Shown piece by piece: positions 23,558 through 33,668 of a DNA stretch of 64,000 bases. Made by a program: the position numbers and the translations under genes. Under the pieces are notes generated by a model. That model saw only the letters and a program-made list of their open reading frames with translations, did no database searches and was not told where the DNA came from. The DNA comes from an uncultured Spirochaetales bacterium. GTDB lineage: Bacteria > UBP6 > UBA1177 > JAKLFG01. The stretch is from assembly GCA_964415795.1 (NCBI GenBank), contig CAYQBN010000004.1:35144-99143 (forward strand), read 5' to 3'. The first letter of the stretch is position 1; every line of letters begins with the position of its first letter.

Positions 23558-26500
23558 ATGAATCTTCCGCGCTTCGCCGTTCGGCGACCGGTCCTCGTTT
23601 CGGTCATCTTCACCATAATGGCGCTTTTCGGAATCTACTCGCTCATCGATCTTCCGATAGACTTCATGCCCGATGTCGAGGCTCCTTACATCTCGGTCAT
23701 CACCGTCTATCGGGGTGCCGGCTCCGAGGAGGTGGAAGAGAAGGTCACCAAGGTGATCGAAGCAGCCCTCTCCTCGACCTCCGGCGTGAAGAACATCTAC
23801 AGCCGCTCTTTGGAGAATGTCTCTACCGTCACCTGCGAGTTCTCCTACGGGACCAATCTTGACGAGGCGACCAACAACATTCGGGATGTCCTCAACATGG
23901 CGAAGGGGTTCCTTCCCGACGGTACCGACGATCCTCTCATCTTCAAGTTCGACCTCAGCATGATGCCGATCGTCTTTCTCGCGGTCACCTCATCGACCGA
24001 AGACATCCGTTACAAGTTCGATGAGATAGACGACATCATCATCAGCCCCCTCGAGCGGATCCCCGGCGTCGGCTCGGTCATGACCTTCAACCAAATGGAG
24101 AAGCAGATCGTCGTCTCCATCGACAAGCAGCGACTTGCGGCCCTCAATCTTTCTCTCAGCGACATCACGAGCACCATCCGCGCCGAGAATCTTTCGCTCC
24201 CCGCTGGTAACATCGAGATCGGTGACATCGATTACACCATACGGGTTCCCGGCGAGTACAAGGACCCGGTAGAGATAGAGGAAACCATCATCGCGAGCAC
24301 CCCCGTCGGTCTCATCAGGATAAAGGATGTCGCGCGGGTATTCTGGGGAAGCGAGGACAGCCGCCAGTTTGCTCTCAAGGATGGCGAGTACATGGTTTTC
24401 GGCATGGTCCAAAAACAGTCGGGCGCCAATACCGTCGCCATCGCCGACGCCGTAAAGAAGAAGCTCGCCGAGATAGAACCGCGCCTTCCCGAGGGATTCA
24501 AGGTGACCATTCTCCTCGACACCTCGGAGTTCATCGTCAAGATGGTGAAAAACCTCTCCAACGCCGTGATTGCCGCATGTTTCTTCGTGCTTGTCGTCGT
24601 CGTCTTTTTCCTCCGACGGTTCCGATCGAGCTTCATCGTCCTCCTTTCGATACCTGCCTCGATGATCATCGCCTTCGCCTTCCTCTACGGATTCGGCTAT
24701 ACACTCAACATGGTATCCCTCATGTCCCTTTCTCTCGCGATCGGCATGGTGGTGGACAACTCGATCGTCGTGCTCGACAACATCACGCGCCATATCGAGG
24801 GTGGCGCATCGAAGATGGATGGAGCGGTGAACGGCACGAATGAAGTGGGAAGCGCGATCCTCGCCTCGACTCTCACTACCATCGTGATATTCACACCGCT
24901 CTTTTTCGTAAAAGGCCTCGTCGGCGTGCTCTTCGGACAACTCGCCGGCGTCATCATCCTCACTCTCTCGGCATCGCTCCTCTGCGCCCTCCTTCTCACT
25001 CCAATGACGAGTTCGCGCATCCTCGATATCTCGGGAAACACGCAACGCACCGACAACTGGTTCTTCCGGTTCGGCGAACGCTTTCTCGACAGGGCGGAGA
25101 GCATCTACACCCGCCTCATCGAAATGGCGCTTCGCCACCGCAAGAAGACCATCGCGGCGGCGGCATCCATATTCGTTCTTTCGCTTCTCCTCATCCCCGT
25201 GATCGGTACCGACTTCATCCCGGAATCGGACGAAGGGTTCCTTCAGATAGACTTTGAACTGCCGCTCGGCACCCGAAGCGAACAGACCCTCGCGGTCGGC
25301 CAACGCATCGAACGCATCATTCGCGAGGAGATACCCGCGCGTCATCTTGTACGGACATTCCTTCGCGGAGGTCCCGACGATTCGGGTTTCGCCCAGAAGG
25401 TGCAAGACACCAATTCGGGAACCGCGGGCGCAAAACTCGTCTCTCAATCGGAGCGGGACCGGAGCGTCAAATACTATGCTCAACGGATACGCGAACGAAT
25501 TACCCGCGAGATACCGGGCATCGAGAAACTTGATATCGTTACTACCTCTCCCATTATGTCAGGCATCGCCGGGGGAGGCGAAAAGCCGATCACCGTCAAA
25601 CTGACCCATAAGGATTTCCACAAACTTTCCGAATCGGCACAGCGTCTTCAATTGGAACTGAGCAAGATACCGGGACTTATCGATCTCTCGAACGATGCCG
25701 AATCGTTCAAACCACAGATAGAAATCAAGATAGACCGCGTACGCGCAAGTCAGGTCGGTCTCAAGACGGCCATGATCGCGAGCGCGGTGAGAAGCGCCTT
25801 TTATGGCGATACCGCGTCGGTGTTTCGCAAAGAAGGCGACGAGTTCGACATCATGGTGCGTTATCAGAAATCGGACCGGACGAACCTCGAGCAACTCAGG
25901 GAGCTCGAACTGAAGACGCTCTTCGGCACCACCGTCAAACTCAAGGACGTCGCCACCGTAACCGAAGGGATAACCTCTCTCGTCATCAACCGCCAGAATC
26001 GGGAACGAATCGTGACCGTCGGCGCACGACTCGAAGGCGATACACCTATCAGCAAGGTGGCGCAGGAGGTGAAAAAGGCGGTCTCCCGCGCCAAGATACC
26101 CGCCGATGTCGGAATACTATACGGAGGAAACCTGAAACAGGAACAGGAAACGACCGGCGACCTTTTGCGTCTGCTTTTGCTCGGCATTCTCCTCGTCTAT
26201 CTCGTGATGGCGGCGCAGTTCGAGTCGCTCATTGACCCCCTCGTCATCATCGTTTCGATACCCTTTGCCATAAGCGGCGTTCTCCTCGGACTTCTCATGA
26301 CCGGCTACTCGCTCTCGGTCCCCGCCTTCCTCGGCATGGTCATCCTCGTTGGTATCGTCGTCAACAACGCCATCGTCCTGATAGACTACACCAAGATACA
26401 GCGGGAAAAGCACAAATTTACCACCGACGAGGCGCTCATTTTCTCCGGCGCGCGCCGTCTCCGCCCCATTCTCATGACCGCGACCACCACCATCTTCGGC

Positions 26501-26695
26501 ATGATACCGCTCGCCATCATGCGCGGAGAATCGCACGAGGTCTTCAATCCGATGGGTATCGCCGTCGTCTTCGGCCTTACCTTTTCAACGCTGATTACGC
26601 TGATACTCGTCCCAAGCATATACTCGATGGTGGACGAGTTCCTCCGGAAACGTGGCTGGCGAAAGGAGACGACGGAACTCAATTCTTCAGTTTGA
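23558..26695 (+). CDS. RND-family efflux permease (AcrB/HAE1-like), 1045 aa
   Basis: 12-TM AcrB topology with two large periplasmic loops. Conserved TM4 region (GMVVDNSIVV). GGGAGG RBS. Confidence 0.85.
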   Translation: MNLPRFAVRRPVLVSVIFTIMALFGIYSLIDLPIDFMPDVEAPYISVITVYRGAGSEEVEEKVTKVIEAALSSTSGVKNIYSRSLENVSTVTCEFSYGTNLDEATNNIRDVLNMAKGFLPDGTDDPLIFKFDLSMMPIVFLAVTSSTEDIRYKFDEIDDIIISPLERIPGVGSVMTFNQMEKQIVVSIDKQRLAALNLSLSDITSTIRAENLSLPAGNIEIGDIDYTIRVPGEYKDPVEIEETIIASTPVGLIRIKDVARVFWGSEDSRQFALKDGEYMVFGMVQKQSGANTVAIADAVKKKLAEIEPRLPEGFKVTILLDTSEFIVKMVKNLSNAVIAACFFVLVVVVFFLRRFRSSFIVLLSIPASMIIAFAFLYGFGYTLNMVSLMSLSLAIGMVVDNSIVVLDNITRHIEGGASKMDGAVNGTNEVGSAILASTLTTIVIFTPLFFVKGLVGVLFGQLAGVIILTLSASLLCALLLTPMTSSRILDISGNTQRTDNWFFRFGERFLDRAESIYTRLIEMALRHRKKTIAAAASIFVLSLLLIPVIGTDFIPESDEGFLQIDFELPLGTRSEQTLAVGQRIERIIREEIPARHLVRTFLRGGPDDSGFAQKVQDTNSGTAGAKLVSQSERDRSVKYYAQRIRERITREIPGIEKLDIVTTSPIMSGIAGGGEKPITVKLTHKDFHKLSESAQRLQLELSKIPGLIDLSNDAESFKPQIEIKIDRVRASQVGLKTAMIASAVRSAFYGDTASVFRKEGDEFDIMVRYQKSDRTNLEQLRELELKTLFGTTVKLKDVATVTEGITSLVINRQNRERIVTVGARLEGDTPISKVAQEVKKAVSRAKIPADVGILYGGNLKQEQETTGDLLRLLLLGILLVYLVMAAQFESLIDPLVIIVSIPFAISGVLLGLLMTGYSLSVPAFLGMVILVGIVVNNAIVLIDYTKIQREKHKFTTDEALIFSGARRLRPILMTATTTIFGMIPLAIMRGESHEVFNPMGIAVVFGLTFSTLITLILVPSIYSMVDEFLRKRGWRKETTELNSSV

Positions 26696-26999
26696 CGACA
26701 AGCACCCGAAGTACTTCGCTCGACTCGTTCGCCCAACCGCGCTCGATGCCGGCAGGACATTCAACGAGTGTTCCCGCCGTGTAGCGATCGGCGCCGCCGG
26801 CGGTGCAAAGCGTGCCAGTCCCTTCAATGACGAAGAAAAGGACCGGCATCGGCATCGTGTGAAGCGGAAGCCTCCGCTTTGGCTGAATGGTAAGGTGGAC
26901 GACTTCGGCCTTCGGGTGAGTCGCCAGTCCTTTTCCGATCATACCCTCCTGCGAAAAAACGACTGGGGCATCGTCAAGTGTCGTGTGAGTAAGCACCAT
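26679..26999 (-). CDS. small cupin-domain protein (third gene of the hcp operon)
   Basis: Cupin_2-like beta-barrel motifs (HTMPMPVLFFVIEGTGTL...YTAGTLVECPAG). Its 3' end overlaps the convergent RND gene by 17 nt. Confidence 0.5.
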   Translation of the reverse strand: MVLTHTTLDDAPVVFSQEGMIGKGLATHPKAEVVHLTIQPKRRLPLHTMPMPVLFFVIEGTGTLCTAGGADRYTAGTLVECPAGIERGWANESSEVLRVLVVKLKN

Positions 27000-27003
27000 T
27001 ATC

Positions 27004-28659
27004 TCACTTCCCCGCCAGCATCGCGACGATGTCGGTTTCCGGATTCGTCATCGGTTTGATGTCGAACCGCTCAACGAGCACCTTGGCGACCGAGGGTGAG
27101 AGGAACCCGGGAAGCGTCGGCCCGAGCCGGATACCCTTCACGCCGAGATGAAGGAGCGCGAGGAGCACGAGCACCGCCTTCTGTTCGTACCACGCGATGT
27201 CGAAACTGATGGGCAGTTTGTTGATGTCGTCGAGTCCGAAGACCTCCTTTAGTTTGAGCGCGATGACCGCAAGCGAGTAAGAGTCGTTGCACTGACCGGC
27301 GTCGAGAACGCGCGGAATGCCACCGATGTCGCCGAGCGGCAGTTTGTTGTAGCGGTACTTCGCACAGCCGGCAGTGAGGATCACTGTATCCTGCGGCAAT
27401 TTCTCGGCGACCTGCCGGTAGTAGTCGCGCTCCTTGTGGCGACCGTCGCAGCCCGCCATCACGATGAACCGCTTGATCGCACCCGATCTCACCGCGCCGA
27501 CCACCTTGTCGGCGACCGCGAGCACTTGGTTGCGGGCAAAGCCACCGACGATCTTTCCATCTTCCAATTTCTCGGGCGCCTTGCAGGTTTTGGCAAGGGC
27601 GATGATCTGCGAAAAGTCCTTCATCTGTCCCGGCTTCCGGTCAGGGATGTGCGTACACCCATCAAAGCCGACGACGCCGGTCGTGAAGATGCGCCCTTTG
27701 AGCGAATCCTTCGGCGGAACGAGACAGTTCGAGGTGAGCAGTATCGGGCCGTTGAACTTCTCGAACTCCTCCCTCTGGTGCCACCACGAACCGCCGTAGT
27801 TGCCGACGAGGTTGTCGTACTTCTTGAAGAACGGATAATAGTGCGCCGGCAACATCTCGGAGTGAGTGTAGACATCGATGCCGGTCCCCTTTGTCTGCTC
27901 GAGCAGATCGTGCAGGTCGCGCAAGTCGTGGCCGCTGATGAGGATAGCCGGGTTATTGCGTACACCGGTGAACACCTCGGTCATCTGAGGATGGCCGTAG
28001 GTCGTCGTATTCGCCTCGTCAAGGAGAGCCATCACCTGCACCCCCATCGCACCGGTCCTCATCACGAAGGCGGTGAGTTCGTCGGCAGACTTGGTGTCAT
28101 CGATGATCGTCGTGAGCGCCTCGAACACGAACTCGAAGATCTCCCGCCTGTGAAAACCGAGTGCATAGGCGTGCTCGCCGTAGGCCGCGATCCCCTTGAG
28201 GCCGTAAAGGATGATGGCCCGGAGCGACCGGACATCCTCGTTCTCGATGGTAAGCCAGCCGCCGCGTCCCGATGCGGCCGCCGCCTTGATTTCTTCATCG
28301 TTTTTCGGGCTCCACGCCGCCTCGGGTGGTAAGGTCGCGAGCTTTACGCCCTGCTTTTCGCATTCGGTAGCAAAGCGACGCTTTATCTCCTGACCTTCCC
28401 TGATCCAGCGGACGAAATCATGTTCATCGAAATTGGCGTTGGTGATCGTCGCAAACAGTCCCTTGATGACGAAGAAGGCGCCCGCCTCGTCGTAAAAGTC
28501 TTTCTTGGCGAGCGCATGACCATAGAAACCGATCCCCTTGAGGGTGTAGATGAGAAGGTCCTGCAGATTGGCCACCTTCTCGTTCTTACCACACACGCCG
28601 ACCTTGTCGCAACCGACATTACGAGCCGTTTCTTGACACTGATGACAGAACATACCCAT
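27004..28659 (-). CDS. hcp: hybrid-cluster protein / hydroxylamine reductase Hcp
   Basis: N-terminal [25 protein letters not shown] Cys motif matches Hcp. AGGAGG RBS for the ATG at 28659 (Met3 at 28653 is an alternative). Full-length prismane-like protein. Confidence 0.85.
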   Translation of the reverse strand: MGMFCHQCQETARNVGCDKVGVCGKNEKVANLQDLLIYTLKGIGFYGHALAKKDFYDEAGAFFVIKGLFATITNANFDEHDFVRWIREGQEIKRRFATECEKQGVKLATLPPEAAWSPKNDEEIKAAAASGRGGWLTIENEDVRSLRAIILYGLKGIAAYGEHAYALGFHRREIFEFVFEALTTIIDDTKSADELTAFVMRTGAMGVQVMALLDEANTTTYGHPQMTEVFTGVRNNPAILISGHDLRDLHDLLEQTKGTGIDVYTHSEMLPAHYYPFFKKYDNLVGNYGGSWWHQREEFEKFNGPILLTSNCLVPPKDSLKGRIFTTGVVGFDGCTHIPDRKPGQMKDFSQIIALAKTCKAPEKLEDGKIVGGFARNQVLAVADKVVGAVRSGAIKRFIVMAGCDGRHKERDYYRQVAEKLPQDTVILTAGCAKYRYNKLPLGDIGGIPRVLDAGQCNDSYSLAVIALKLKEVFGLDDINKLPISFDIAWYEQKAVLVLLALLHLGVKGIRLGPTLPGFLSPSVAKVLVERFDIKPMTNPETDIVAMLAGK

Positions 28660-28668
28660 GATCTCCTC

Positions 28669-29580
28669 CTATCGTTTGTTACCGTCTATAGCGATGGTGA
28701 CCACCTCGAACGGCATCACCTCTCCCGCATTCTTTATCGCTTGCTTTACGATCTCGACGATGCCACCGCAACACGGGACCTCCATGCGCACCACCTTGAT
28801 GCTCTTAGGCTTACCGACGCGAATGATCTCGCTCATCTTGTCCACATAAGCCGCCGCATCATCGAGTTTGGGACATCCGATGAGAACCACGCGATCCTTG
28901 ATGAACTCGGCATGGGCGTTCGCATAGGCATAGGCGACGCAGTCGGCAATGACCGTAAGATCGGCCTCCTTGAAGTATGGCGCATAGGGATTGGCAAGAT
29001 GGATCTGCACCGGCCAATTTCTCAATTCCGATCCCCCTTTCTCCGTATGGGGAAACGGCGGTTGCCCAACTCCTTCCCCACCATGCATCACCTTTTTCAG
29101 ATCAACTACCTTCGAACCGGGACATCCGCCACCGTGATGATGGCCGTGGGGATCCTTCTTGCCATGGTCACCGCAACCGCAGGCGTCGCCGTCTGCTTCC
29201 CCGTGAACGATCTCCTTCGGGTCCATTCCGTGCTCCCGAAGCACCGTAAAAGCCTCCTGCAAAAGATCCATCGCACCGTGGTCACGGAGGTGAAGAAGAT
29301 GGGCACGGATGGTGTTGCGTCCTGCCGGCATGATGTTCTTCTCCATCACCTTTCTTTCATTGTACGGCTCAGCCTCGCGCTCCTCGACAGTGATGGCACC
29401 CTCGGGACAGTGACCAAGGCATGCCCCCAAACCATCGCAGAACAGATCGCTGATGAGCCGCGCCTTGCCATCGATGATCTGCAAGGCACCTTCGGCACAG
29501 TTGGGAACGCATAGGCCGCAACCACTACACTTCGCTTCGTCTATCTTGATAATCTTTCGTTTTGCCATTGATTCCTCCAT
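28669..29580 (-). CDS. 2x[4Fe-4S] ferredoxin-domain protein with a His-rich (HGHHHGGGC) segment and C-terminal CxxC...PCCGG domain; hcp-associated electron carrier
   Basis: CSGCGLCVPNCAEGA and CDGLGACLGHCPEGA ferredoxin motifs. His/Cys-rich stretch DGDACGCGDHGKKDPHGHHHGGGCPG. An alternative start at Met5 (29568) has GGAGGA-N4. Confidence 0.6.
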   Translation of the reverse strand: MEESMAKRKIIKIDEAKCSGCGLCVPNCAEGALQIIDGKARLISDLFCDGLGACLGHCPEGAITVEEREAEPYNERKVMEKNIMPAGRNTIRAHLLHLRDHGAMDLLQEAFTVLREHGMDPKEIVHGEADGDACGCGDHGKKDPHGHHHGGGCPGSKVVDLKKVMHGGEGVGQPPFPHTEKGGSELRNWPVQIHLANPYAPYFKEADLTVIADCVAYAYANAHAEFIKDRVVLIGCPKLDDAAAYVDKMSEIIRVGKPKSIKVVRMEVPCCGGIVEIVKQAIKNAGEVMPFEVVTIAIDGNKR

Positions 29581-29774
29581 TACGGACTCCGAAGTCTAAT
29601 TTACGGAGAAAAACAAAAAAGTCAATAATTAGGAGTAGATTTTCTTTATTTAGGACTAAAATGTTTGAATTTCTTGGAAGATTTTTTTCTTCTATTCCTT
29701 CATCTGCTTTCTTGCTTTCTTCCCTTCTTGCCGATAGAACCATATCGTTGCAAACGGGATGGAGAAAAAAACGA

Positions 29775-30788
29775 ATGGCCACCATCGCCATCCTCCACAC
29801 GGGCGGCACCTTCGCCATGGAGAAGGACTCAGGAGGCAAATTGCGGCCGGGCGAATACGCTTTTTCCTACATCGAGCGCTCGGTATATCCGCTCTACAGT
29901 GACACCATCCGCCAATACCGTCTCTTCAACCTTGATTCCTCCCTTTTCACTCCCAACCACTGGAAGATGATCGCCGAAAAGATCACCGAACTTTACCACG
30001 CTTACGACGCATTCATCATCATCCACGGCACCGACACGATGGCCTACACCGCGGCGGCGCTCTCCTTTTTCCTTCAAAACCTCGGCAAGCCAGTCATCCT
30101 TACCGGATCGCAGATACCACTCAAAGACCGCCGTTCCGATGCGCTTCAGAACCTCCTTGCGGCGATCGAGGTGGCGCTCCACGGCGGGCTCAACGAGGTC
30201 GTCGTGGTCTTTCACCATTCAGTGTTCCGCGGGAATCGCATAAAAAAACGCGACACATGGGATTTTGACGCTTTTCATAGTCCGAACTACCCGCGCCTTA
30301 TCAAACTTGGCATCGATATGGAGCGGATAGGACGCCTCTTCCTGCCGAAGCCGCGAAAAACTTTCACGACAAATACCGCGCTCGACGAACAGGTGCTCCT
30401 TGTCCCTCTCTTCCCCGGATTCGACATTTCGATGATACTGCCGGTCATCCGCGACGAACGGATTCATGGCATCGTACTCGAGGCCTATGGTGCCGGCAAT
30501 CTTCCCGCCAACAACCCGGCGCTCGACGAGATATTCCGCGAGGCAGCCGCCCACCGCTTCCCCATCGCCGTCTGCAGTCAGTCACCGGCGGGACGCGTTG
30601 ACCTTGGCCTCTACGAGGCAGCATCGAAGGCATCGTTCTACGGCCTCATCCCCGCCGCTGACATGACGCGCGAAACGACCCTCGTCAAATTGATGGTCGC
30701 TCTCGGGAGATTCGGCACCGACCTTAAAAAGATACGTAAGTTCATGACAACCGCTATCGCCGGGGAATTGTCGGAAGAACCATGCTGA
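29775..30788 (+). CDS. ansA: L-asparaginase, type I (cytoplasmic AnsA-like)
   Basis: Start at the internal Met MATIAILHTGGTFAM, which carries the catalytic TGGT threonine motif. The ORF-track 5' extension through the AT-rich intergenic region is rejected. Confidence 0.75.
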   Translation: MATIAILHTGGTFAMEKDSGGKLRPGEYAFSYIERSVYPLYSDTIRQYRLFNLDSSLFTPNHWKMIAEKITELYHAYDAFIIIHGTDTMAYTAAALSFFLQNLGKPVILTGSQIPLKDRRSDALQNLLAAIEVALHGGLNEVVVVFHHSVFRGNRIKKRDTWDFDAFHSPNYPRLIKLGIDMERIGRLFLPKPRKTFTTNTALDEQVLLVPLFPGFDISMILPVIRDERIHGIVLEAYGAGNLPANNPALDEIFREAAAHRFPIAVCSQSPAGRVDLGLYEAASKASFYGLIPAADMTRETTLVKLMVALGRFGTDLKKIRKFMTTAIAGELSEEPC

Positions 30789-31711
30789 AGGAACGGCTTT
30801 CCCACAGCGGATTCGTTGCCGTCGTCGGCGCACCGAACACGGGGAAGTCCACATTCATCAATACGGTACTTGGAAAGAAAGTGACTATCGTCTCGCCCAA
30901 GGTGCAAACGACGCGAACGCCGATCCGCGGCATTTACACTACCGAAGAGGCGCAACTTGTCTTCGTGGACACCCCCGGCATCACTCCCACCGATCTCGGC
31001 AAAGAACTTAACCGCTGGATGAACCGTACCGCAACGGCGCGCGCCAAGGAGGCCGATCTCGTCCTTTTTTTTGTAGACGCCACTCTTCAGCATCCCGAAC
31101 AAGGAGTTATTGAAGAAGACCGTGCAGCCCTTGAAAAGATAACGACCTCGGCGCCGATCTACCTTGTGGTCAACAAATGCGACGCTGTCAAAAAGATGCG
31201 TGTCGATGACACCATTGCCGTGCTCTCAAAAGCATACCCCTTTGCCGGATCGTTTCGCATCAGCGCGCTCTCCGGCGATGGGATACCGTCGCTCCTCACG
31301 AGGGTCATCGAGCACCTCCCCGAAGGCCCGCAATACTTCGAGGCCGATGTTTCCTCCGACCTCCCCGATGAACAGTTCGCCGCAGAGATCATTCGCGAAA
31401 AGATCTTCCTCACCCTTCACCAAGAACTTCCCTACCACACCGCGGTCACCGTCGAAGAGATAACCGATCATGAAACGCGTCCCGACATACTCATCATCCG
31501 CGCCACCATTCATGTCGCTCGTTCGTCGCAGAAGGCTATCGTCATCGGCGAGAAGGGTAGCATGCTCAAGAAGATAGGCTCTTTTGCCCGAGAGGAGTTG
31601 GAACACCTCTTCGGGAAGAAGATCTTTCTCCATCTCCATGTTCGCGTAGAAGAAAAATGGTTCGACAACGAGCGTCTGTTGCGCAAGATGGGATTCGAGG
31701 AAGAACCATGA
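30782..31711 (+). CDS. era: GTPase Era
   Basis: G1 GAPNTGKST and G3 DTPGI motifs; C-terminal KH domain. Overlaps the ansA stop. Confidence 0.85.
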   Translation: MLKERLSHSGFVAVVGAPNTGKSTFINTVLGKKVTIVSPKVQTTRTPIRGIYTTEEAQLVFVDTPGITPTDLGKELNRWMNRTATARAKEADLVLFFVDATLQHPEQGVIEEDRAALEKITTSAPIYLVVNKCDAVKKMRVDDTIAVLSKAYPFAGSFRISALSGDGIPSLLTRVIEHLPEGPQYFEADVSSDLPDEQFAAEIIREKIFLTLHQELPYHTAVTVEEITDHETRPDILIIRATIHVARSSQKAIVIGEKGSMLKKIGSFAREELEHLFGKKIFLHLHVRVEEKWFDNERLLRKMGFEEEP

Positions 31712-32319
31712 GGATGACGCCTCTTCTCGTTCTTGCGATGCTTTTCGATGCACTCCTCGCTGACGCCCAGACCACAGGACGCCCCAGCGAAGCGGAGATC
31801 CGTTTCTACGAACGGGTCATCGCGACCCGTGACGAGGCACGAAAGATATGTGCGGAAACGGTGCTTATCATGAAAAGCAACCTTGATCTCTATACCGCCC
31901 TCGACAAGAAAGTGTCGCATCCCGACGACAAGGCGGCCGTCGACATAGCCAAGATGCGCATGAACGAGGCAAGCGTCCTTGCCGTCCCCATCTGTGAGGC
32001 CTTTTCTCTTCTCGACGACGACCGTGCCGCCGAGATCACCAAAAAAGACTTTCCCCGTTTCCAGAAAGAAAAGATGCCGGCCGACACCCGATCCTTCTAT
32101 ATCAACCTTTATAAGCTGGCGCTTCTCGATATCCACGATGCGCTCCTCTGGTGGAACCGGCACATGATCGCCATGAACGAGTCCGCGAAGAAAAAACCGC
32201 AACCCCTCGTCATCAAAGAACTGCTCACCGGCATCGTTCAAGACGCCGCCGAAATGAAACGACGCCTCGACCTCATAAAAGACCGTTACCCCATTCTTTC
32301 GGAACCGGCTCGCCCATGA
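31708..32319 (+). CDS. hypothetical exported protein (signal peptide), unknown function
   Basis: Internal Met MRMTPLLVLAMLFDALLADAQ; ATGA overlap with era. The ORF-track start at 31657 is rejected. Confidence 0.45.
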   Translation: MRMTPLLVLAMLFDALLADAQTTGRPSEAEIRFYERVIATRDEARKICAETVLIMKSNLDLYTALDKKVSHPDDKAAVDIAKMRMNEASVLAVPICEAFSLLDDDRAAEITKKDFPRFQKEKMPADTRSFYINLYKLALLDIHDALLWWNRHMIAMNESAKKKPQPLVIKELLTGIVQDAAEMKRRLDLIKDRYPILSEPARP

Positions 32320-33668
32320 AACGCGCCCCTAACAACATAAAACCGATTATCGCCATCATCGGACGCCCCAATGTCGGCAAATCGACCTTGTTCAATCAGC
32401 TGCTCGGCAAGAACGCCGCCATCGTCGACGACCGACCCGGCGTCACCCGCGATCTCCACTACGAAGAGATGATCTACGATGACAAGCCCTTCACGCTCAT
32501 AGACACCGGTGGTTTCCACATAGATGAGGAAGGAGACGCCATCACGATCGGTATTCGTCGCCAAATAGAAGAAGTTCTGTCTTCGGTTGACGGCGTCATG
32601 CTCGTCGCCGATGGCATGGCCGGCCTTCACCCGAGCGATCGTGAGATCCTCGATATCCTCCGCCGCGACGAGATACGCCACTGGATGGTCGTCACCAAGG
32701 TAGACGGCGAGCATCTCGAAGCACAGAGCGCCGAGTTCTACCAGACCGGCGTCGAAGAGGTATGGCCCGTATCCGGCAAGACGGGATACGGCATCCGCGA
32801 TCTGCTCGACGATGTGACGAAAGACTTCTGGACCCGCAAAGAGATCGCCGAGAAACTCCCGCCCCCCGCCGACGAGATACGCGTCGCCGTCATCGGCCGC
32901 CCCAATGTCGGCAAATCAACGCTCGTCAACGCCATCCTCGGCGAGGAACGAATGCTCGTTTCGCCGATCCCGGGCACGACGATGGATCCGATAGACTCGC
33001 TCTTTCGTCACGGCGACCGCATCTTTCGGCTCGTGGATACCGCCGGCATCCGACGGAAGAAGAACATCGTCCACACCATGGAAAAAGCGGCGGTCATCCG
33101 CACCTTCGCGGCGATAGACCGAAGCGACATCGTCCTCTTCCTCATGGACCCTACCGAGATCGGGACCGATCAGGATCTCAGGATACTCGGCATGGTCCAC
33201 GAGAAGAACCGCGGCCTCATCATCGTCGTCAACAAATGGGATCTCGTCGAGAAGGATGAAAAGACCTTCGACCGTCTCGTAAAGGACCTTCGCGGTCGTA
33301 TCCGGTTCGCCCCCTATGCCCCTATCGTCTCCATCTCGGCGCTCGAAAGGCTGCGCATCGAACGACTGCTTTCGCTTGTGGAAACGACCTTCGATCGCTA
33401 CACCCACGCCGTTGACGAGGAAACGCTCACCGACTGGCTCCTGCGCACCGTCACCCACACGCCACCGCCGCTCGGGCGATCGCACAAGCCGCTTCTCTTC
33501 TCACGGGCAACAATGCCCTCGACACGACCCCCGGTGCTCCTCATCACCGTCAACCGTCCGTCCGAGGTCCACTTCTCCTACGAGCGGCACCTTCTCAACA
33601 GCTTTTACCGTTCATTCGACTATACCGGCGTCCCGGTAAAGATCTCCTTCAAGCGGGGAAACCGATGA
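32316..33668 (+). CDS. der: ribosome-associated GTPase Der/EngA (tandem GTPase domains)
   Basis: Two G-domains (GRPNVGKSTLFN and GRPNVGKSTLVN) plus a KH-like C-terminus. Start at the internal Met MKRAPNN; ATGA coupling. Confidence 0.85.
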   Translation: MKRAPNNIKPIIAIIGRPNVGKSTLFNQLLGKNAAIVDDRPGVTRDLHYEEMIYDDKPFTLIDTGGFHIDEEGDAITIGIRRQIEEVLSSVDGVMLVADGMAGLHPSDREILDILRRDEIRHWMVVTKVDGEHLEAQSAEFYQTGVEEVWPVSGKTGYGIRDLLDDVTKDFWTRKEIAEKLPPPADEIRVAVIGRPNVGKSTLVNAILGEERMLVSPIPGTTMDPIDSLFRHGDRIFRLVDTAGIRRKKNIVHTMEKAAVIRTFAAIDRSDIVLFLMDPTEIGTDQDLRILGMVHEKNRGLIIVVNKWDLVEKDEKTFDRLVKDLRGRIRFAPYAPIVSISALERLRIERLLSLVETTFDRYTHAVDEETLTDWLLRTVTHTPPPLGRSHKPLLFSRATMPSTRPPVLLITVNRPSEVHFSYERHLLNSFYRSFDYTGVPVKISFKRGNR

